Origin: an uncultured Candidatus Binatia bacterium
GTDB taxonomy: Bacteria > Desulfobacterota > Binatia > UBA9968 > JAJDTQ01
Direction of reading: 5' to 3'
DNA: 64,000 nt
Assembly (NCBI GenBank): GCA_965215605.1
Contig: OZ244070.1
Location: forward strand, 3,520,001 to 3,584,000
The translations under genes and the position numbers were made by a program. Within the stretch, counting starts at the first letter, position 1, and every line of letters starts with the position of its first letter. The notes beneath the pieces are model-generated. The model did not search any database and was not told where the DNA came from. It was given only the letters and a program-made list of their open reading frames with translations. Below, piece after piece: positions 1 to 10,011 of this stretch.

Positions 1-373
1 CGGCCAGCAGCGGGGCGGTGGCGGTCTCTCCCAGGAACGTCAGCGCCAGCAGCGCGCTGAAGAGGGGGTGAGTCGAGCGGAGCGCGGTGCCCCGGGCCGC
101 GCCGATCTTCGAGATGCCCGTGTAGGTGAGCCAGCGCAACACGGGCATCAGGAATCCCACCGCGACTGCCGCCCACAGAAAGCCCCGGCCCACGTCCGGG
201 ATCCCTGTGAAAACCCCCACCAGGGTCCACAGGATCACGGTCTGCGAGATCAGCGAGAGCAGGGTGACCGTGCTGGCGTTGGAGTACTGCAGCCCCCGGC
301 GGGCCGAGATGATGCTGATGCCGTAGGTCCACGCCGTCAGCAGACCGATGGCTTGGGGCAGGAGTTGCGTCAT
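1..373 (-). CDS. EamA/DMT family transporter, running off the left window edge
   Basis: Read manually from ATG at 373: MTQLLPQAIGLLTAWTYGISIISARRGLQYSNASTVTLLSLISQTVILW...THPLFSALLALTFLGE. Hydrophobic and clearly similar to 35804-36661. Not in the ORF track. Confidence 0.85.
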   Translation of the reverse strand, partial: MTQLLPQAIGLLTAWTYGISIISARRGLQYSNASTVTLLSLISQTVILWTLVGVFTGIPDVGRGFLWAAVAVGFLMPVLRWLTYTGISKIGAARGTALRSTHPLFSALLALTFLGETATAPLLA

Positions 374-468
374 GGGCGCAGGATCACGCCCTCGATCCTC
401 GATAGGGGAGCGCCATCCGGAGGGCGCCGACGAATCCTGCGCATGTTCATCAACCCGTTGGTGGCCCG

Positions 469-1530
469 TTAGTTTCGGATATCCTGCTGGAACCACTCCA
501 GCGGCAGCTCGTGGCCGAGGCCGTTTTCCTTGGCGTAGCGGTAGACCAGGTATCCCACCGCGGCGAACTGGATGCCGGCGGAGAAGTTGTGGTGCAAGGT
601 GGTCTGGGCGTCGTTCTCCCGGCCGGGCTTCTCGCCGGTCAGCACCTCCGAGATGGTGGTGTGGCTCCGGTCCCTGTAGCGGCGCATGTAGTTGTCGTCG
701 ATGGGACGCCGGTCGCGTTCCTCCTGGGTGCCCAAGGCGTAGTTCAGCACGGCCAGGTTGGAGGTGCCGATGACCACGTCGGCCTTCTCGTAGGTCTCGC
801 TCTCCAACTCCTCCGGGCGCACGTCTACCACGTGCATGCCGGTCTGGAGCCAGTCTGCCTGGAACAGGGGAATCCGCGAGTCCGTGCAGGTGGCGCCGAC
901 GTCGACGCCGCTCATGGCCTCCCGCGCCGAGTTGACCGCGGTGACCTTGATCTTCAAGACCTCCGCCATCTTCTTCGCGTAGGCCTCCCGGTTGGCCTGG
1001 GTGGGGCTGAAGATCTTGACGTGCTCGATGGGCCGCACCGCGCACGTGGCCATGGCGTAGGTGCGGGCCATGGCGCCCGAGCCCAGGACTCCCATGACCC
1101 TGGAGTCGGGCCGGGAGAGGTGCTTGACTCCGACGCCGGCGGTGGCGCCCACCCGGTAGCTCTGGAGGTAGCCGTCGTTCATGATGCACAGCAGCTCGCC
1201 GGTGCGCGTGTCCACCAGCAGGATGATGCCGCAATACTTGCCCGGCTCGACGTTGAACCAGTGTTCGGTGACCGCGCCGTTGTATTCCTGCCAAGTCATG
1301 ATGTCGAGCTTGAAGCGGAACGCCAGCACGGGCGGGTCCTTGATGGCGCCCAGCAGCGAGCCCCAGCGGAAGTAGTCGCCGACGATGGCGGTGGGGGACC
1401 ACAGGTCGGTGCGGGGCTGGTAGACGGCGTCGCCCTCCGCGAGCTGCTTGAGCGCGCTCTCCATGGCGTCGATGGCGTCGTTCATGTTGAGCGCCTGCTC
1501 GGCGATGCGGTTGTCGATCATCAGCGGCAT
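469..1530 (-). CDS. Ornithine cyclodeaminase/mu-crystallin family protein
   Basis: GIILLVDTRTGELLCIMNDGYLQSYRVGAT motif and Rossmann GVLGSGAMA. Start trimmed to ATG 1530, which has a GGAGA SD. Confidence 0.85.
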   Translation of the reverse strand: MPLMIDNRIAEQALNMNDAIDAMESALKQLAEGDAVYQPRTDLWSPTAIVGDYFRWGSLLGAIKDPPVLAFRFKLDIMTWQEYNGAVTEHWFNVEPGKYCGIILLVDTRTGELLCIMNDGYLQSYRVGATAGVGVKHLSRPDSRVMGVLGSGAMARTYAMATCAVRPIEHVKIFSPTQANREAYAKKMAEVLKIKVTAVNSAREAMSGVDVGATCTDSRIPLFQADWLQTGMHVVDVRPEELESETYEKADVVIGTSNLAVLNYALGTQEERDRRPIDDNYMRRYRDRSHTTISEVLTGEKPGRENDAQTTLHHNFSAGIQFAAVGYLVYRYAKENGLGHELPLEWFQQDIRN

Positions 1531-1708
1531 GTGGGTTCTCCGATGGTTTGGTATTCGTTCAGTGCTAGCAGCTTTCCGTTGCGAGTGTCCACCGGTGCCC
1601 CCGGCGGCAATCCCGGTGCTCCAGGGCTTGCGGAGGATGGACGCGTGGGCTACGTTGGCGCGAATGATTTTGACGGTTTCTCCGTCGACCAAGGGGAGGA
1701 TAGACAGA

Positions 1709-2791
1709 ATGCACCGAAGTGTCCGTTATTTCTTCAATGCTTCGGCCATCGCCATCGCGCTGGTCCTGGCGTGCCCGCCGTTCAACGCCGCCGCCGCGGA
1801 CCTGAAGGGCAAGACCGTTACCTGGACGATTCCGTTCGGCGAGGGCGGCGGTTCCGGCCGCTGGGCCCGGTTCGTGGAGCCGTTCCTGCGGAAGCACAGT
1901 GGCGCCGACATCCGGTTGAAGTTCGTCCCGGGCGGCGGCTCCACCAAGGGTGCCAACCTTTACGCCAAGCGCGCCAAGCCCGACGGCCTGGATCTCTTGG
2001 GTACTTCGGGTTCCACCCAGTTCCCGTTTCTGCTCAGCGACAAGCGCGTCAAGTACGACTACGGCAAATGGCGTCCGCTGCTGGCCTATGCCACGGGCGG
2101 CGTCGCCTACATCAGCCCGAAGCTCGGCGTCAAGACGGCCGCCGAATTGGTCAAGAAGAATCCGCCGCTGAAGTACGGCTCGCAGGGCGCCACGTCGCTG
2201 GACCTGGTCCCGTTGCTGGCCTTCGAGATGCTGGGGCTCAACGTGAAGGCGGTGTTCGGCATGAAGGGCCGTTCCGCCGGCCGCAAGGCGTTCATGACCG
2301 GCGAAACCAGCATTGACTACCAGACCTCCTCGGCCTACCTTTCCAAGGTGACGCCGCTGGTGAAGGAAGGCAGCGCCATTCCGATCATGTCCTGGGGCAC
2401 CCTCGACGCCAAGGGCAACCTGGTCCGCGACCCCAACTTCCCGGATCTGCCGCACTTTGCCGAGGTCTACGAGCAGGTCAAGGGCAAGAAGCCGTCCGGC
2501 GCCTGGTTCGACGCGTGGAAGGCTTTCTTCACCGCGGGGTTTCCCGCCCAGAAGTTCGTGGTGCTCCCCAAGGATACGCCCGAGGACGTGGTGAAGGCCT
2601 ATCAGGACGCATTCGGGAAGATGCTTGCGGACCCCGAGTACCTTGCCAGCAAGGACAAGAAGATCGGCACCTACGACCAGGTGACGGGCGCGGCGGCCGA
2701 GTTGAAGTTCAAGGCGGCCACCGATGTCCCGTCCGAAGCCAAGGCGTGGGTGCGGAACTGGCTGACGACGAAATACAGCGTGGTGTTCTGA
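1709..2791 (+). CDS. tctC: Tripartite tricarboxylate transporter substrate-binding protein (TctC/Bug)
   Basis: Signal peptide, WTIPFGEGGGS, VPGGGSTKGAN and PKDTP motifs. ATG 1709 follows GGGAGGA. Confidence 0.88.
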   Translation: MHRSVRYFFNASAIAIALVLACPPFNAAAADLKGKTVTWTIPFGEGGGSGRWARFVEPFLRKHSGADIRLKFVPGGGSTKGANLYAKRAKPDGLDLLGTSGSTQFPFLLSDKRVKYDYGKWRPLLAYATGGVAYISPKLGVKTAAELVKKNPPLKYGSQGATSLDLVPLLAFEMLGLNVKAVFGMKGRSAGRKAFMTGETSIDYQTSSAYLSKVTPLVKEGSAIPIMSWGTLDAKGNLVRDPNFPDLPHFAEVYEQVKGKKPSGAWFDAWKAFFTAGFPAQKFVVLPKDTPEDVVKAYQDAFGKMLADPEYLASKDKKIGTYDQVTGAAAELKFKAATDVPSEAKAWVRNWLTTKYSVVF

Positions 2792-2860
2792 TGGCTCGAC
2801 TCGCGTGACCGCGTCCCGTATGACGTGATCGCAACCGGACGGGTCTCGGACCCTGACGGC

Positions 2861-2898
2861 GAGGGCGGCCGGTCTTCCACGGCCGCCCTCTTTCGTTT
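2861..2898 (+). terminator. Intrinsic terminator or mRNA-stabilising hairpin between tctC and tctA
   Basis: GAGGGCGGCCG-8 nt-CGGCCGCCCTC followed by TTTCGTTT. Confidence 0.7.
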
Positions 2899-2965
2899 CG
2901 CGGTGACGAATCCCTGGCGAGGACCGACTCCCGCGGTGCACTGAAGCACGGAGAGGGCGACAAGG

Positions 2966-4954
2966 ATGCTCGACGCGCTCATCGAAGCCTTCTCGACCCT
3001 GCTGCAGGCCCAGCACGTGTCCTTCCTGGTGGTGGGCGTGCTGCTGGGCTTGGTGGTGGGCATCTTTCCGGGGCTCGGCGGCATCGTCGGCCTGTCGCTG
3101 CTGATCCCGTTCCTCCACGGCATGGATCCGGTGTCGGCCCTGGCCATGCTGGTGGGCCTGGTGGCCGTCATCCCCACCTCGGACACCTTCACCTCCGTCC
3201 TCATGGGCATCCCGGGCTCCAGCGCTTCCCAGGCCACGGTGCTGGACGGTTTCCCGCTGGCCCGCAAGGGCGAGGCGGCCCGGGCGCTCGGGGCCGCGTT
3301 CTCGGCCTCGCTTTTCGGCGGCCTGTTCGGCGCGGTGATCCTCACCTTCTTCGTCCTCATCGCCCGGCCGGTCATCCTGTTCTTCACCACCGCGGAGCTG
3401 TTCATGCTCGCGGTGCTGGGCATCTCCATGGTGGGGGTGCTCTCGGGCAGCTCCATCTGGAAGGGAGTGGCTTCCTGCGGTCTGGGGCTGGTCATCGGCG
3501 CCATCGGAGGCGCGCCGGCCACCGGCGAGGAGCGGCTCGTGTTCGGGGTCGACTATCTGGCCGACGGCATCCCTCTGGTGGTGGTGGGCCTCGGCATCTT
3601 CGCGCTGCCCGAGGTGGTGGACCTCCTGCGCGGGGCCGGCGCCATCTCCCGCACCCATGCCTTGGGGAAGGGCTGGCTCGACGGCCTGCGGGACATGATC
3701 CGCTACCGCTGGCTGTGCCTGCGCTGCGCCGGCATCGGGACGCTCATCGGCGCCATTCCCGGGCTCGGCGGCTCGGTGGTGGACTGGATCGCCTACGGCC
3801 ACGTGGTCCAGACCGCCAAGGACAAGTCGCAGTTCGGCCGCGGCGACATCCGCGGCGTGCTGGCGCCGGAATCCGCCAACAACGCCAAGGAAGGCGGCGG
3901 GCTCATTCCGACGCTGCTGTTCGGCATCCCGGGAAGCGGCAGCATGGCGGTCTTCATCGGCGGCTTGGTGCTGATCGGGCTGGAGCCGAGCCCGCGGATG
4001 CTCACGGCCGAGTTGCCCACCACCTACACCATCGTCTGGAGCCTTGCCCTGGCCAACGTGGTGGGCGCCGGCCTGTGCCTGTTTCTGTCGCCGGCCATCG
4101 CCCGGCTGACCACCATCCGCTACCAGTTGCTGGCCCCGTTCATGCTCATGGTGATCTCGTTCGCCGCGTTCCAGGCGAGCCGCGACATCATGGACTTCGT
4201 CGCGCTGGTGGCCATCGGCCTCCTGGGGGTGGGCATGAAGCGGTTCGGCTGGTCGCGGCCGGCCATGCTCATCGGCTTCGTGCTGGCCGACCAGGTGGAG
4301 ACGTACCTCTACCAGGCGATCCAGTTCCACGAGTGGGGCTTCGTTACGCGCCCGGGCGTGCTGATTATCGCGGCCATCATCGTCGCCTCCGTCTGGCTGG
4401 GCGCGCGCAACCGGCCCCAGGCCGAGCCGGAAACCGACGCGCCGCAACGGCATGCGAGGGAGTTGACGCCGCAACTGCTGTTCGCCGGTTTCGTCGTGGT
4501 CTTTTTCGTCGTCGCGCTCGCCGACTCTCTGCGGCACACTCTTCTGGGAGGGGTCTTCCCGGTCAGCGTGGGAGCCGTCATGCTGGTGGCCGGCCTGCTG
4601 GTGTTCTACGGCATTTGGCGGAGCGCCGGCACGCCGACCCCGTACAACGAGGACGCGGAACGCCCGGGCATCGAGGAGCACCAGGCTCCGGAAAAGGGGA
4701 TCTGGCACTACCTGAACTGGCTGCTTGCGCTGTTGGGGATGACCGCCCTGGCCGGGTTCTTCATTTCGCTGAACCTGTTCTTCGTGGCGTTCCTGCGCCG
4801 GGAAGCGAGGGTGAGCTGGAGCCGGGCGGTCCTGCTGACGGTCATGGCGGACCTGATGCTGATGTTCCTTTCGTGGCTCATGACCCTGGATCTCCCGGAG
4901 GGCCTGCTGCAGCACAATGTTCCCGATCTGCCTTGGCCTCTGGGGCCGATCTAG
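2966..4954 (+). CDS. tctA: TTT permease, TctA fused to a C-terminal TctB
   Basis: GIFPGLGG, PESANNAKEGG and PTLLFGIPGS motifs, plus about 160 aa of TctB-like TM segment ending LDLPEG. Confidence 0.9.
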   Translation: MLDALIEAFSTLLQAQHVSFLVVGVLLGLVVGIFPGLGGIVGLSLLIPFLHGMDPVSALAMLVGLVAVIPTSDTFTSVLMGIPGSSASQATVLDGFPLARKGEAARALGAAFSASLFGGLFGAVILTFFVLIARPVILFFTTAELFMLAVLGISMVGVLSGSSIWKGVASCGLGLVIGAIGGAPATGEERLVFGVDYLADGIPLVVVGLGIFALPEVVDLLRGAGAISRTHALGKGWLDGLRDMIRYRWLCLRCAGIGTLIGAIPGLGGSVVDWIAYGHVVQTAKDKSQFGRGDIRGVLAPESANNAKEGGGLIPTLLFGIPGSGSMAVFIGGLVLIGLEPSPRMLTAELPTTYTIVWSLALANVVGAGLCLFLSPAIARLTTIRYQLLAPFMLMVISFAAFQASRDIMDFVALVAIGLLGVGMKRFGWSRPAMLIGFVLADQVETYLYQAIQFHEWGFVTRPGVLIIAAIIVASVWLGARNRPQAEPETDAPQRHARELTPQLLFAGFVVVFFVVALADSLRHTLLGGVFPVSVGAVMLVAGLLVFYGIWRSAGTPTPYNEDAERPGIEEHQAPEKGIWHYLNWLLALLGMTALAGFFISLNLFFVAFLRREARVSWSRAVLLTVMADLMLMFLSWLMTLDLPEGLLQHNVPDLPWPLGPI

Positions 4955-5075
4955 TTAGACTGTTGCAGTCCCACTGGACTGGACGAGTCATGCAGGAGCG
5001 ACCGGCCGGTGGCCCCTGCTGGAGATGGCTACGTCGGTCACGCCAGTCTTCTTTGACCGAGGTTCGAGGTCCCGC

Positions 5076-6431
5076 ATGGCTGGATTTCTCAAAAAGCTGC
5101 TCTTCTGGATACCCGTCGGCGTCGGCGTGCTGGTGGTGGTGTACGCGGTCCGTTCCCGGGAGGCGCCGGTGCGGATCGAGCCCGAGGAGCAGACCACGGC
5201 AGTGCGTGTCGTGGCAGCGAAGTCGTTGCGAGTGGTGCCGCGGGCGGTGGGGCACGGCAGCGTCAAGCCGGGCAAGGTGTGGGAAGCCGTGGGCGAGGTC
5301 AGCGGTACGGTGGTTTACCGGCATCCGGAGTTGCGGCGGGGGGCGATTCTCGCCGCCGGCACCGAGCTTCTACGCATCGACCCTACCGACTACCGCCACG
5401 CGGTAGCCGAGATCGAAGCCAACATCCGCGCCGCGGACTCCCAGCTTGCCTTGCTGGATGTGCGCGCGGTGAACGCGGAACGGTCCCTCGCCATAGAGGA
5501 ACGGAACCTGGCGTTGGCCCGCAAGCAGTTCGAGCGGACAAGGGAGTTGCTGCGTCGCGGCGCCGTGTCCCAGTCCGAGGCCGACCGCGAGGAACGCTCG
5601 GTGCTGGCCGGCGAGCAGGCGGTGCAGAACCTCCGCAACTCCGTCCGGCTGCTTCCCGCCGAACGCGCCGCGCAGCAGGCGCAACGGGACCGGCTCAAAT
5701 CCCAGTTGGAGACGGCCAAACGCAACCTCAGCCGCACCACCGTGGTGGCGCCGTTCACGTGCCGCATCGCCGCGGTGAATGTGGAGCTGACTCAGTTCGC
5801 CGCCAAGGGACAGGTGCTGGTGGAAGCCGACAGCATCGACGTGGCGGAGGTCATCGCTCAGGTGCCCATGAGCCGGGTGTTGGCACTGTTGCGGTCACGG
5901 AACGGGCCAGGCTCGCCGCTGGGCACCGTGACCCCCCGGCTGCGGGAGGAAATCCAGGCGGTCGTGCGCCTGAACTCGGGGGACGTCGCCGTCGAGTGGC
6001 CGGCGCGTTTCTCGCGCATGAGCGACACGGTGGATCCGCGTACCCGCACGGTGGGGGTCATCGTGGCGGTGGACCAGCCCTACCGGCAGGCCCAGGAAGG
6101 CCTCCGGCCGCCCTTGGTGAAGAACATGTACGTCGAGGTGGAGCTGCGCGGGCCGCCTCGGCCCAGCACCGTGGTGATTCCTCGGGCCGCCCTGCGCGGC
6201 AGCCGGGTCTACGTAGCGGGGCGGGCGAACCGGCTGGAGTTCCGTACGGTGGAAGTGAGCTTCACGCAGGCCGATTTCGTGGTTCTCCGATCGGGACTCG
6301 AACCGGGCGAGCGCGTGGTGATTTCGGATCTGCCCTTCGCCGCCGACGGCATGCAACTGCGGCCGGAGCTGGATGCGGTGGTATCGGCCAACCTGGTGGC
6401 GGAGGCCACGGGCGTGGCGCCCGTCCGGTGA
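5076..6431 (+). CDS. RND efflux periplasmic adaptor (membrane fusion protein)
   Basis: N-terminal TM anchor, EVSGTVV lipoyl half-motif, coiled coil, VDPRTRT and SGLEPGERVV. Confidence 0.9.
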   Translation: MAGFLKKLLFWIPVGVGVLVVVYAVRSREAPVRIEPEEQTTAVRVVAAKSLRVVPRAVGHGSVKPGKVWEAVGEVSGTVVYRHPELRRGAILAAGTELLRIDPTDYRHAVAEIEANIRAADSQLALLDVRAVNAERSLAIEERNLALARKQFERTRELLRRGAVSQSEADREERSVLAGEQAVQNLRNSVRLLPAERAAQQAQRDRLKSQLETAKRNLSRTTVVAPFTCRIAAVNVELTQFAAKGQVLVEADSIDVAEVIAQVPMSRVLALLRSRNGPGSPLGTVTPRLREEIQAVVRLNSGDVAVEWPARFSRMSDTVDPRTRTVGVIVAVDQPYRQAQEGLRPPLVKNMYVEVELRGPPRPSTVVIPRAALRGSRVYVAGRANRLEFRTVEVSFTQADFVVLRSGLEPGERVVISDLPFAADGMQLRPELDAVVSANLVAEATGVAPVR

Positions 6432-6438
6432 CGAACTC

Positions 6439-9400
6439 ATGATCGGTTTCTTCGCCGGCCATCCTACGGCGGCCAACATTCTCATGATCGGGTTTATCCT
6501 GCTGGGGCTCGTCTTCGCGGGAACGGTCAAGCGCGAGACTTTTCCCGACATCCCGTCGGATTCCGTGCAGGTGCAGGTACCTTGGCCCGGGGCTTCTTCC
6601 GCGGACGTGGAGCAGGGCGTCTGTCTCAAGCTGGAGACCGCCGCGGACAGCGTGGATCAACGGGAGGAGACCCGTTGCGAGGCGCGGGAAGGGTTGGCGG
6701 TGGCGACCCTGGTGATGCGCCAGGGCGGCGATCTCGACCGTTTCCTGGAAGACGTCAAGAACGAGGTGGACGGGGTCACGGACTTCCCCGCGGACGCCGA
6801 AGCCCCGGTCGTACGCGAGCTGGGGCGCGTGGACGTGGTGGCATCCATTGCCGTGGCCGGGCCGTTGGCGCCGGCAGGACTGAAGGCCTACGCGGAACGC
6901 ATGAAGGACGATCTCCTGGCGATTCCGGGCGTGGCCAATGTGGAGATCCAGGGCTTTTCCCAGCGTCAGATCCGAATCGAGGTCTCGGCCTCCACCATGC
7001 GCCAGTTCGGCCTCAGCGTGCGCGACCTTGCCGACTCCGTGGAACGCCAGAGCGTGACGCTGCCGGCGGGGTCGGTGCAGGCCCGGGACTCGACGGTGCT
7101 GATCCGCTTCGATGACGAACGGCGCACGCCGCGCACCTTCGAGGACCTGGTGGTGGTGGCCTCGGCCAGCGGCGCCGTGATCCGCCTGGGAGACATCGCC
7201 GTCATCACCGACCGCTTCGAGCACGCCGGGGAGAAGAACCTCTTCAACGGCCGGCGGTCCGCTTGGCTCACGGTGGAGAAGGGCCGCTCCGATGACACCC
7301 TGAAGGTCATCGATGCCGTCAGGGCCTATCTTGACGAGCAACGGGCGCTGGCCTCGCCGGGCATGGTGCTCGAGATCACCAGCGACGTCGCGTCCATCGT
7401 GCGCGACCGGCTGAACATGCTGCTTCGGAACGGCGCGCAGGGCCTCGTCCTGGTGTTCCTGGTCATCTGGCTGTTCTTCGGCCTGCGTTACTCCTTCTGG
7501 CTCGCCGCGGGCCTCCCGGTGGCGTTCATGGGCACCATCGCCGGCATGGCGGCCATCGGCTACTCCTTTGACATGATCACCATGGTGGCCCTGCTCATCG
7601 CGCTTGGCCTGATGATGGACGACGCCATCGTCATCGCGGAGAACATCGCGCGCCACCGTGCCGCCGGACGTTCGGTGGTGGACGCGGCGGTGGAAGGGAC
7701 GCGGGAGGTGGCCCCGGGAGTGCTGGCGTCGTTCCTCACCACCATCGGCGTCTTCGGCGCCCTTGCCTTCCTGCAAGGGAACATCGGCGCGGTCATGGCC
7801 GTCCTGCCGGTGGTGTTGATCCTGACGTTGGCTTTCAGCCTGGTGGAGGCCTTCCTGATCCTGCCGCACCACCTGCTGGGGACGTTGCGCGCCAGGCGTG
7901 GCGCCTCGCCTCCCAGGTTGCGGGCTCTGTTCGACGCGGGTCTGGCACGCTTCACGGAAGGGTTCGTCGGGCGCTTGGTGGATGCGGCCATATCCTGGCG
8001 ATATCTCACGGTGGGCTTGATTGCGGGTCTGTTCCTCGTGTCCGTTGCCGCCATGGCCGGCGGCGTCGTGAAGTTCAGGACCTTCCCCAACGTCGAGGGC
8101 AACGTCATCGAGGCCGACCTGCTCCTCTATCCCGGGACACCGTTGGCCCGGACCGAGGCGGTGGTGGAGCGGGTGGTGGCGGCGGTCCGGGCCGTGGACG
8201 AAGCCTACGCGGCCGAGCGGCCGGGCGGCGCGAACATGGTGCGGAACATCGGGGTTCGGTTCAGCCGCAATCGGCACGCCAACGAGACCGGCGAACACCT
8301 GGCTACCGTCACCGTCGACCTGGTGGGTCCCGATTCCCGCTACGCATCCCTGGACGAGATCATGAACCGGTGGCGCGCGCGGGTGGGCGTGCCGCCGGAT
8401 GTCATCGCGCTGACCTTTGGCGAGCCGGAGTTGGGGCCGGCGGGCAGGCCCATCGACATTCGGCTGGTGGGGAAGGACATGGAGTCGTTGAAGGCGGCTG
8501 CCCTGGAATTGCGGGAGTGGCTGCGCGGATATCGCGGCGTGTTCGACCTGACCGATGATCTCCGCCTGGGCAAGCCGGAGCTGCGCGTGCGCCTGCGTGA
8601 AGGCGCGCTGGCGTTGGGCATGACCGCGTCCGAGGTGGCGCGGCAACTGCGGGCCGCGTTTCAGGGACGCCATGCGGGTGAATTCCAGATCGGCTCGGAG
8701 GACTACGAGGTGGATGTCCGCTTGTACGAACGCGACCGGGACAGCCTCGCCGATCTCGCCCGCTTCACCGTCACGTTGCCCACCGGCGAACAGGTGCCGT
8801 TGCACGCGGTGGCAACGCTGACCTCCGAGCGCGGTTACAGTCGCATCCATCGCGTGAACGGGGGCCGCGCCGTGACCGTCCGCGGCGACCTGGATCCGGA
8901 CAAGGCCAATTCCGCGGAAATCATCGCCGACACCCAATCCCGTTTCTGGCCCGGCCTGGAGGCGCGCTATCCGGGTATCCGCATGGAACTGGAGGGCGAA
9001 GCCCGTGAATCGGCCGAGACCGGGGCGTCCCTCGGGCGGAACTTCCTGGTGGGGCTGGCCGCCATCTTCCTGCTTCTGAGCTTCCAGTTCCGTGGCTACA
9101 TCGAGCCCCTGGTGATCATGGCCTCCATTCCCGTGGGCCTCGTGGGGGTGGTCATCGGGCATCTCGCGATGGGGCTGGAGCTTTCCATGCCCAGCCTCGT
9201 GGGCTTCGTTTCCCTTGCCGGCGTGGTGGTCAACAATGCCATCGTGCTGGTGGTGTTCATCAAGATCCGCCGCGCCCGAGGAGAAGCCGCGGAGGCCGCG
9301 GCGCGCGGCGCGTCCCGGGAGCGTTTCCGGCCCGTCCTGCTGACTTCGCTCACCACGGTGGCGGGCGTGTTGCCCCTGTTGATGGAGACCAGCCTCCAGG

Positions 9401-9561
9401 CGCAAGTCCTGGTGCCGCTGGTCACCAGCCTCGCCTTCGGCCTCGCCGCCTCCACGTTCCAGGTGCTGTTTCTCGTGCCCGCTCTTTACTGCATCGTGGA
9501 CGACTACGGCGGTACGGTAGCGGTGGAGACCGCCGCGGAGCCGGCAGCGCGGGTAACGTAG
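6439..9561 (+). CDS. RND efflux permease (AcrB/AcrD/AcrF family)
   Basis: About 1040 aa with ALGLMMDDAIVIAENI, GVVVNNAIVLV and RFRPVLLTSLTT. Confidence 0.93.
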   Translation: MIGFFAGHPTAANILMIGFILLGLVFAGTVKRETFPDIPSDSVQVQVPWPGASSADVEQGVCLKLETAADSVDQREETRCEAREGLAVATLVMRQGGDLDRFLEDVKNEVDGVTDFPADAEAPVVRELGRVDVVASIAVAGPLAPAGLKAYAERMKDDLLAIPGVANVEIQGFSQRQIRIEVSASTMRQFGLSVRDLADSVERQSVTLPAGSVQARDSTVLIRFDDERRTPRTFEDLVVVASASGAVIRLGDIAVITDRFEHAGEKNLFNGRRSAWLTVEKGRSDDTLKVIDAVRAYLDEQRALASPGMVLEITSDVASIVRDRLNMLLRNGAQGLVLVFLVIWLFFGLRYSFWLAAGLPVAFMGTIAGMAAIGYSFDMITMVALLIALGLMMDDAIVIAENIARHRAAGRSVVDAAVEGTREVAPGVLASFLTTIGVFGALAFLQGNIGAVMAVLPVVLILTLAFSLVEAFLILPHHLLGTLRARRGASPPRLRALFDAGLARFTEGFVGRLVDAAISWRYLTVGLIAGLFLVSVAAMAGGVVKFRTFPNVEGNVIEADLLLYPGTPLARTEAVVERVVAAVRAVDEAYAAERPGGANMVRNIGVRFSRNRHANETGEHLATVTVDLVGPDSRYASLDEIMNRWRARVGVPPDVIALTFGEPELGPAGRPIDIRLVGKDMESLKAAALELREWLRGYRGVFDLTDDLRLGKPELRVRLREGALALGMTASEVARQLRAAFQGRHAGEFQIGSEDYEVDVRLYERDRDSLADLARFTVTLPTGEQVPLHAVATLTSERGYSRIHRVNGGRAVTVRGDLDPDKANSAEIIADTQSRFWPGLEARYPGIRMELEGEARESAETGASLGRNFLVGLAAIFLLLSFQFRGYIEPLVIMASIPVGLVGVVIGHLAMGLELSMPSLVGFVSLAGVVVNNAIVLVVFIKIRRARGEAAEAAARGASRERFRPVLLTSLTTVAGVLPLLMETSLQAQVLVPLVTSLAFGLAASTFQVLFLVPALYCIVDDYGGTVAVETAAEPAARVT

Positions 9562-9641
9562 GAGCCTGCGGCGTTCACGCACAAACCAAATCCGCGGACT
9601 CCCGGTGTTGAAGTGCCGGCGCGAAGCGCTATCCTGGGTGT

Positions 9642-10010
9642 ATGACGTATCGAGACCGCATGATCGGAACCTGGCGCCTGCGCGAGTTTCGTTTCACCGA
9701 CGCCGGCGGCAACCCGGGCTCGTTGGACGGCGCCCCCACCGTGGGTCGGATGGAATACACCGCCGACGGCCACATGGCCACGGCCACGCGCCGTCCCGAC
9801 GGGCACTATTTCAGCTACTTCGGCGAGTTCGAACTCCAGGGAGACGTGGTGCTCCACCACATCGAATTCGCCGCGGATTCCCGGCTCGACGGCACCACCA
9901 CCCGGCGGGAGGTCTCCTTCGAAGGGGACCGGCTGGTGCTGACGGCGGCGCCGCCGGTCATGGGCGGGCCGGGCAGCCGGGCGTCGCTCGTATGGGAAAG
10001 GATGACCTGA
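9642..10010 (+). CDS. Lipocalin-like domain protein
   Basis: IGTWRL...YTADGHM...YFSYFGEF...LVWER pattern typical of the lipocalin_5 family. Confidence 0.7.
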   Translation: MTYRDRMIGTWRLREFRFTDAGGNPGSLDGAPTVGRMEYTADGHMATATRRPDGHYFSYFGEFELQGDVVLHHIEFAADSRLDGTTTRREVSFEGDRLVLTAAPPVMGGPGSRASLVWERMT

Positions 10011-10011
10011 C

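Noticed and set aside
2789-2966. tctC and tctA are in the same frame, separated by two TGA codons (possible Sec read-through fusion)
   Set aside because: Neither TGA sits at a Cys-like motif, a terminator hairpin lies between them, and tctA has its own SD and ATG.
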